IMG/VR virus record: IMGVR_UViG_3300023174_006137
Span: 32,001 to 96,000 of that record
Reading direction: 5' to 3' (one strand)
DNA: 64,000 nt
From: a virus
Position numbers and translations under genes: made by a program. Of this stretch, positions 61,198-64,000 are shown piece by piece. Under the pieces are notes generated by a model. The model made no database searches. It was not told where the DNA came from and worked only from the letters and a program-made list of their open reading frames with translations. Each line of letters opens with the position of its first letter. The first letter of the stretch is position 1.

Positions 61198-61467
61198 TTA
61201 TAAATGACCATAGTAATCTATATCATTTTCCATTAGTTTATTTAACTCAACCAAAAAATCATCATTTGTTAAATTTTTATCTGAAACAATATACCAAGTA
61301 CATTCACCATCTTCATCATAGTATGAATTTAATATTTTTGACTGTAATTCCTTTTCAGATAGAAAATTATGTATAATAATTGAATGGGGTTTTAGTTCTT
61401 TATTGTTTATAACAAAACCGCAATAAATTTTACCAACATCAGATTCTAATTTTTTAATTTCTATCAT
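61198..61467 (-). CDS. Hypothetical protein
   Basis: 89 aa in operon. Confidence 0.65.
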   Translation of the reverse strand: MIEIKKLESDVGKIYCGFVINNKELKPHSIIIHNFLSEKELQSKILNSYYDEDGECTWYIVSDKNLTNDDFLVELNKLMENDIDYYGHL

Positions 61468-61739
61468 TCTATATTTTGTTGTAATTTGAAAAATTGTCGA
61501 ACAAATTGTTCCATTTCATCAAGTTCATCCCAATAACCACTTCCACCATCTTGTGAACCAATAGTTTGTTTACCGTATTCTATCTTAGCCAAGATAAGTT
61601 TTATTTTATCTTTATCAAAATCATCTTGTATTTGCCAATTATTATACTCATCAATAATTTTGTTAAGTTCGATACGACTGGTTTTCCACCAACTAATGTC
61701 GGTATTTTCATCCCATTTTTTTTTGAATTTGTATTTCAT
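61464..61739 (-). CDS. Hypothetical protein
   Basis: 91 aa; ATGA overlap with the next gene. Confidence 0.65.
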   Translation of the reverse strand: MKYKFKKKWDENTDISWWKTSRIELNKIIDEYNNWQIQDDFDKDKIKLILAKIEYGKQTIGSQDGGSGYWDELDEMEQFVRQFFKLQQNIE

Positions 61740-61750
61740 AAATTATAAAA

Positions 61751-62047
61751 TTACCATTCGTCATCTTCATCCTCATCATACTCGTCATTTTCAACTTCTT
61801 CGTTTGATAATGAACAATAACCAAATTCTAAATCAGTTAATCCAAATTTTTTCAATACTTTAATTTCTTCATCTGTAATCTCGATAGCATCTGATTTATC
61901 AAATTCATAACTATCACCGTCAATATTACCAAATCCAGTATGTATTGATTTTGTTTCATCTAATTGTTTCTGAGTTATAACTTTAATTAATCCAACATCG
62001 CCTTCGTCAGCAACATCCATAGATAATACTACTAAATACTTTTTCAT
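61751..62047 (-). CDS. Highly acidic hypothetical protein
   Basis: 98 aa; ends EVENDEYDEDEDDEW. Confidence 0.7.
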   Translation of the reverse strand: MKKYLVVLSMDVADEGDVGLIKVITQKQLDETKSIHTGFGNIDGDSYEFDKSDAIEITDEEIKVLKKFGLTDLEFGYCSLSNEEVENDEYDEDEDDEW

Positions 62048-62069
62048 AATTTTTATTTTTGTTTAAATT

Positions 62070-62576
62070 TTACAAATTAATGATTTTATTAAATCCTTCG
62101 GAATCTTTAATGCCAGAAAAAGAGTTCATCATGTTTGATATCACATGTTCAGGAATATACTTATTTTCTTCTATTTTCCTTTTTTCATTTCTTTTTCTAT
62201 ATTCTTCCCAATCTAAAAATGGAAATATAACCGCAACTTTATAATAATCATCTTCAAAAAATGATAAATTATAAGTTCTTCTTTTAGAAGTTAAATGTGT
62301 CATGTCAATTATAACATTTTCTCTATTATAATTAGCTTCTTCCATTTTTGATATAAGTATTTTGTCAACTTGTTTTTGATTAACAGAATTGAATGCCGCA
62401 GAATAATCATTTGAACCATATTGTTCCAATACGATTTCATCACGAGAAATTATAGTAACTTCTCCATTATATTTTTCTAACCATGATTTTATAGCAGTGG
62501 ATTTCCCAACTAATGGTGGTCCAACCATTATGATAACAAATGGTGATTTAAGTGTATTTAAAAACAAAGTTTTCAT
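62070..62576 (-). CDS. P-loop kinase (AAA_33 / polynucleotide kinase-like)
   Basis: MVGPPLVGKST, ISRD, VIIDMTHL...RR and RN..R...IP motifs. Confidence 0.85.
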   Translation of the reverse strand: MKTLFLNTLKSPFVIIMVGPPLVGKSTAIKSWLEKYNGEVTIISRDEIVLEQYGSNDYSAAFNSVNQKQVDKILISKMEEANYNRENVIIDMTHLTSKRRTYNLSFFEDDYYKVAVIFPFLDWEEYRKRNEKRKIEENKYIPEHVISNMMNSFSGIKDSEGFNKIINL

Positions 62577-62580
62577 TTTA

Positions 62581-62611
62581 CAAAGATAAGAAAAAAATTC
62601 TTAAAAACAAA
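62581..62611 (-). promoter_or_regulatory. Bacteroidota-type promoter TTTG-N19-TATCTTTG (likely leaderless transcript)
   Basis: -7 box ends 4 nt before ATG 62576. Confidence 0.7.
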
Positions 62612-62619
62612 AAGAAATG

Positions 62620-63063
62620 TTAATGAGTTTCATAATTGTCTTTAAGAAATTTTCTATCAACTGGACGCAGTGAATTTATACCTTTTGATGAAATTATATC
62701 TAAAACTGTATCTAAATCAAGTTTTGAATATATCCACCTATCTAAATCATCCATAAATATATCATAAATTATTGAATTTTCTTCATCAATATAATTGGTT
62801 AGATATGAGAAATCATATTCATTTTTAATTATTTGATTTGTGATGTCATTAAATTCATAATTAATTAAATTTTTATCCAGGATTTTTAAATACTTTTTTA
62901 TTTCAATTTTAGATGTCAAAACAAAAAAATAAAAAAAATCATCTTCTTTATAATCGAAGGATGATTCTATATCTAGATTAGCAATTTTTTCCAAGTCAGA
63001 ATTAGATATGATTTGATAGGTATTTTTAAAAGAAATTTTATAAACACATAATGTATTAACCAT
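62620..63063 (-). CDS. Hypothetical protein with C-terminal DUF6576-like helix
   Basis: LDLDTVLDIISSKGINSLRPVDRKFL; TAATATATA just upstream. Confidence 0.7.
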   Translation of the reverse strand: MVNTLCVYKISFKNTYQIISNSDLEKIANLDIESSFDYKEDDFFYFFVLTSKIEIKKYLKILDKNLINYEFNDITNQIIKNEYDFSYLTNYIDEENSIIYDIFMDDLDRWIYSKLDLDTVLDIISSKGINSLRPVDRKFLKDNYETH

Positions 63064-63067
63064 GATT

Positions 63068-63107
63068 TATATATTAAAAAAATAATTATTAAGATTTTAA
63101 TATATAA
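63068..63107. promoter_or_regulatory. Divergent pair of late-type TAATATATA promoters
   Basis: 63068-63076 (minus) and 63098-63107 (plus). Confidence 0.55.
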
Positions 63108-63122
63108 ATAAAAAGTAATTTT

Positions 63123-63245
63123 ATGGCAGGTATATATGTTTTAAAAGTTAATGGACGACCAGTTTTGCACACACCAAATGTTAATTTGGTTAATACAACC
63201 AATACAGTTAAAAATAATAACAAAGGTAAAGTTGAAAAAAGATAA
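63123..63245 (+). CDS. 40-aa small protein
   Basis: MAGIYVLKVNGRPVLHTPNVNLVNTTNTVKNNNKGKVEKR*; promoter motif and A-rich leader upstream. Confidence 0.5.
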   Translation: MAGIYVLKVNGRPVLHTPNVNLVNTTNTVKNNNKGKVEKR

Positions 63246-63278
63246 TAAAATTTAATATATAAATAAACACTTAAATAT

Positions 63279-63815
63279 ATGAATATAAACTTAGAACAAG
63301 ATTGGCTTAGATTTGATAGTGCTTCATCTTTAACAGCATCATATTATGGTTATAATACAAATGTTGGAGCAGCTGATTCTTCAAATACCTGGTCAATAAG
63401 ACAAGTTGTTGGAACTAATTCAATGACTGTTACATGGAACAATAATATTCCACTTGCTTATGAAGCATCTTGGACTAACCGTGCTTATTATTTTGCTACA
63501 CCTTCAAATATATCTATTACTGGAACAGCAACAACATATGGTTCTGCTTATAATGTAACTTTTACATGGACAACTTCAACTGGTTCTTCAAGATATTATG
63601 TGAATTTTACAAGAAATAATACCACAATTTACAATACATTAGATGCGGGTGGCGATCAATTTAATCCATATCAAAATTCTCCGACTAAAGTTTATATAAA
63701 TACTAATTCAGCAACATTAGTAAATTGCCCACCTGGGTATACTTATTCGGCAAGTATTTATGCTGCTAATGGTGTAGGTGTTAGTTCAACTACTAGTTCT
63801 TCTGTTAGATTATAA
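63279..63815 (+). CDS. Ser/Thr-rich beta protein, probable virion decoration/fibre protein with FN3-like C-terminus
   Basis: VTFTW....G...YYV...L.NCPPG.TY.A.IYA.N..G FN3 pattern; TAATATATAA at 63253-63262. Confidence 0.7.
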   Translation: MNINLEQDWLRFDSASSLTASYYGYNTNVGAADSSNTWSIRQVVGTNSMTVTWNNNIPLAYEASWTNRAYYFATPSNISITGTATTYGSAYNVTFTWTTSTGSSRYYVNFTRNNTTIYNTLDAGGDQFNPYQNSPTKVYINTNSATLVNCPPGYTYSASIYAANGVGVSSTTSSSVRL

Positions 63816-63861
63816 AAAATTTAAAAGCCGCTAAATTTAGCGGCTTTTAAATTTTTTATAA
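63810..63861. terminator. Perfect 52-bp palindrome, bidirectional terminator between convergent genes
   Basis: TTATAAAAAATTTAAAAGCCGCTAAA|TTTAGCGGCTTTTAAATTTTTTATAA. Confidence 0.8.
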
Positions 63862-64000
63862 GATATAACTTGTTCCTTTTTTATATACCATAATGTAGCT
63901 TGTATTGTATTTTCAAAAGAATTTTTATTTAAAATAATATTATTCCAATCAAAAACTATATTATCATCTTCTATTTCAAATCCTTCTCCAATCATATTAG
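63837..64000 (-). CDS. 3' end of a gene entering from beyond the window
   Basis: Open frame ...NMIGEGFEIEDDNIVFDWNN...VISYKKFKSR* ending inside the palindrome. Confidence 0.55.
   Translation of the reverse strand, partial: NMIGEGFEIEDDNIVFDWNNIILNKNSFENTIQATLWYIKKEQVISYKKFKSR

Overview
Very AT-rich, densely coding 64 kb segment that is best read as part of a jumbo/huge T4-like tailed phage infecting a Bacteroidota host. Evidence for phage: gp32-like SSB, neck-like and tail-like genes, GH19 endolysin, three homing endonucleases and a repeated TAATATATA late-promoter-like motif. Evidence for host: about 9 TTTG-N17-20-TAnnTTTG Bacteroidota promoters and A-rich translation starts without Shine-Dalgarno sites. 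The genetic code is standard (TAA, TAG and TGA all end genes). Host-like genes include purA, purB, guaC, folA, coaE, infC, dnaJ, grpE, an N-truncated clpC, HU, a sirtuin and an M42 peptidase. A ~25 kb plus-strand island (24.6-49.5 kb) lies between minus-strand structural genes. It carries about 25 glycosyltransferase/NDP-sugar genes (Gmd and ColD-like colitose route, a PRK-like/aldolase/HAD/GDPD/double-nucleotidyltransferase cassette) and a nuclease-helicase paired with a degenerate methyltransferase. The most striking unexplained element is a ~350 nt ORF-free, GC-enriched stretch between folA and HU (60310-60660, minus strand). It has its own host-type promoter and a dense set of helices with three candidate pseudoknots, so it is a candidate large structured ncRNA that I cannot assign to any RNA class I recognise. 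No tRNA, rRNA or CRISPR array was seen. All family assignments come from motif recognition by eye, not database searches.
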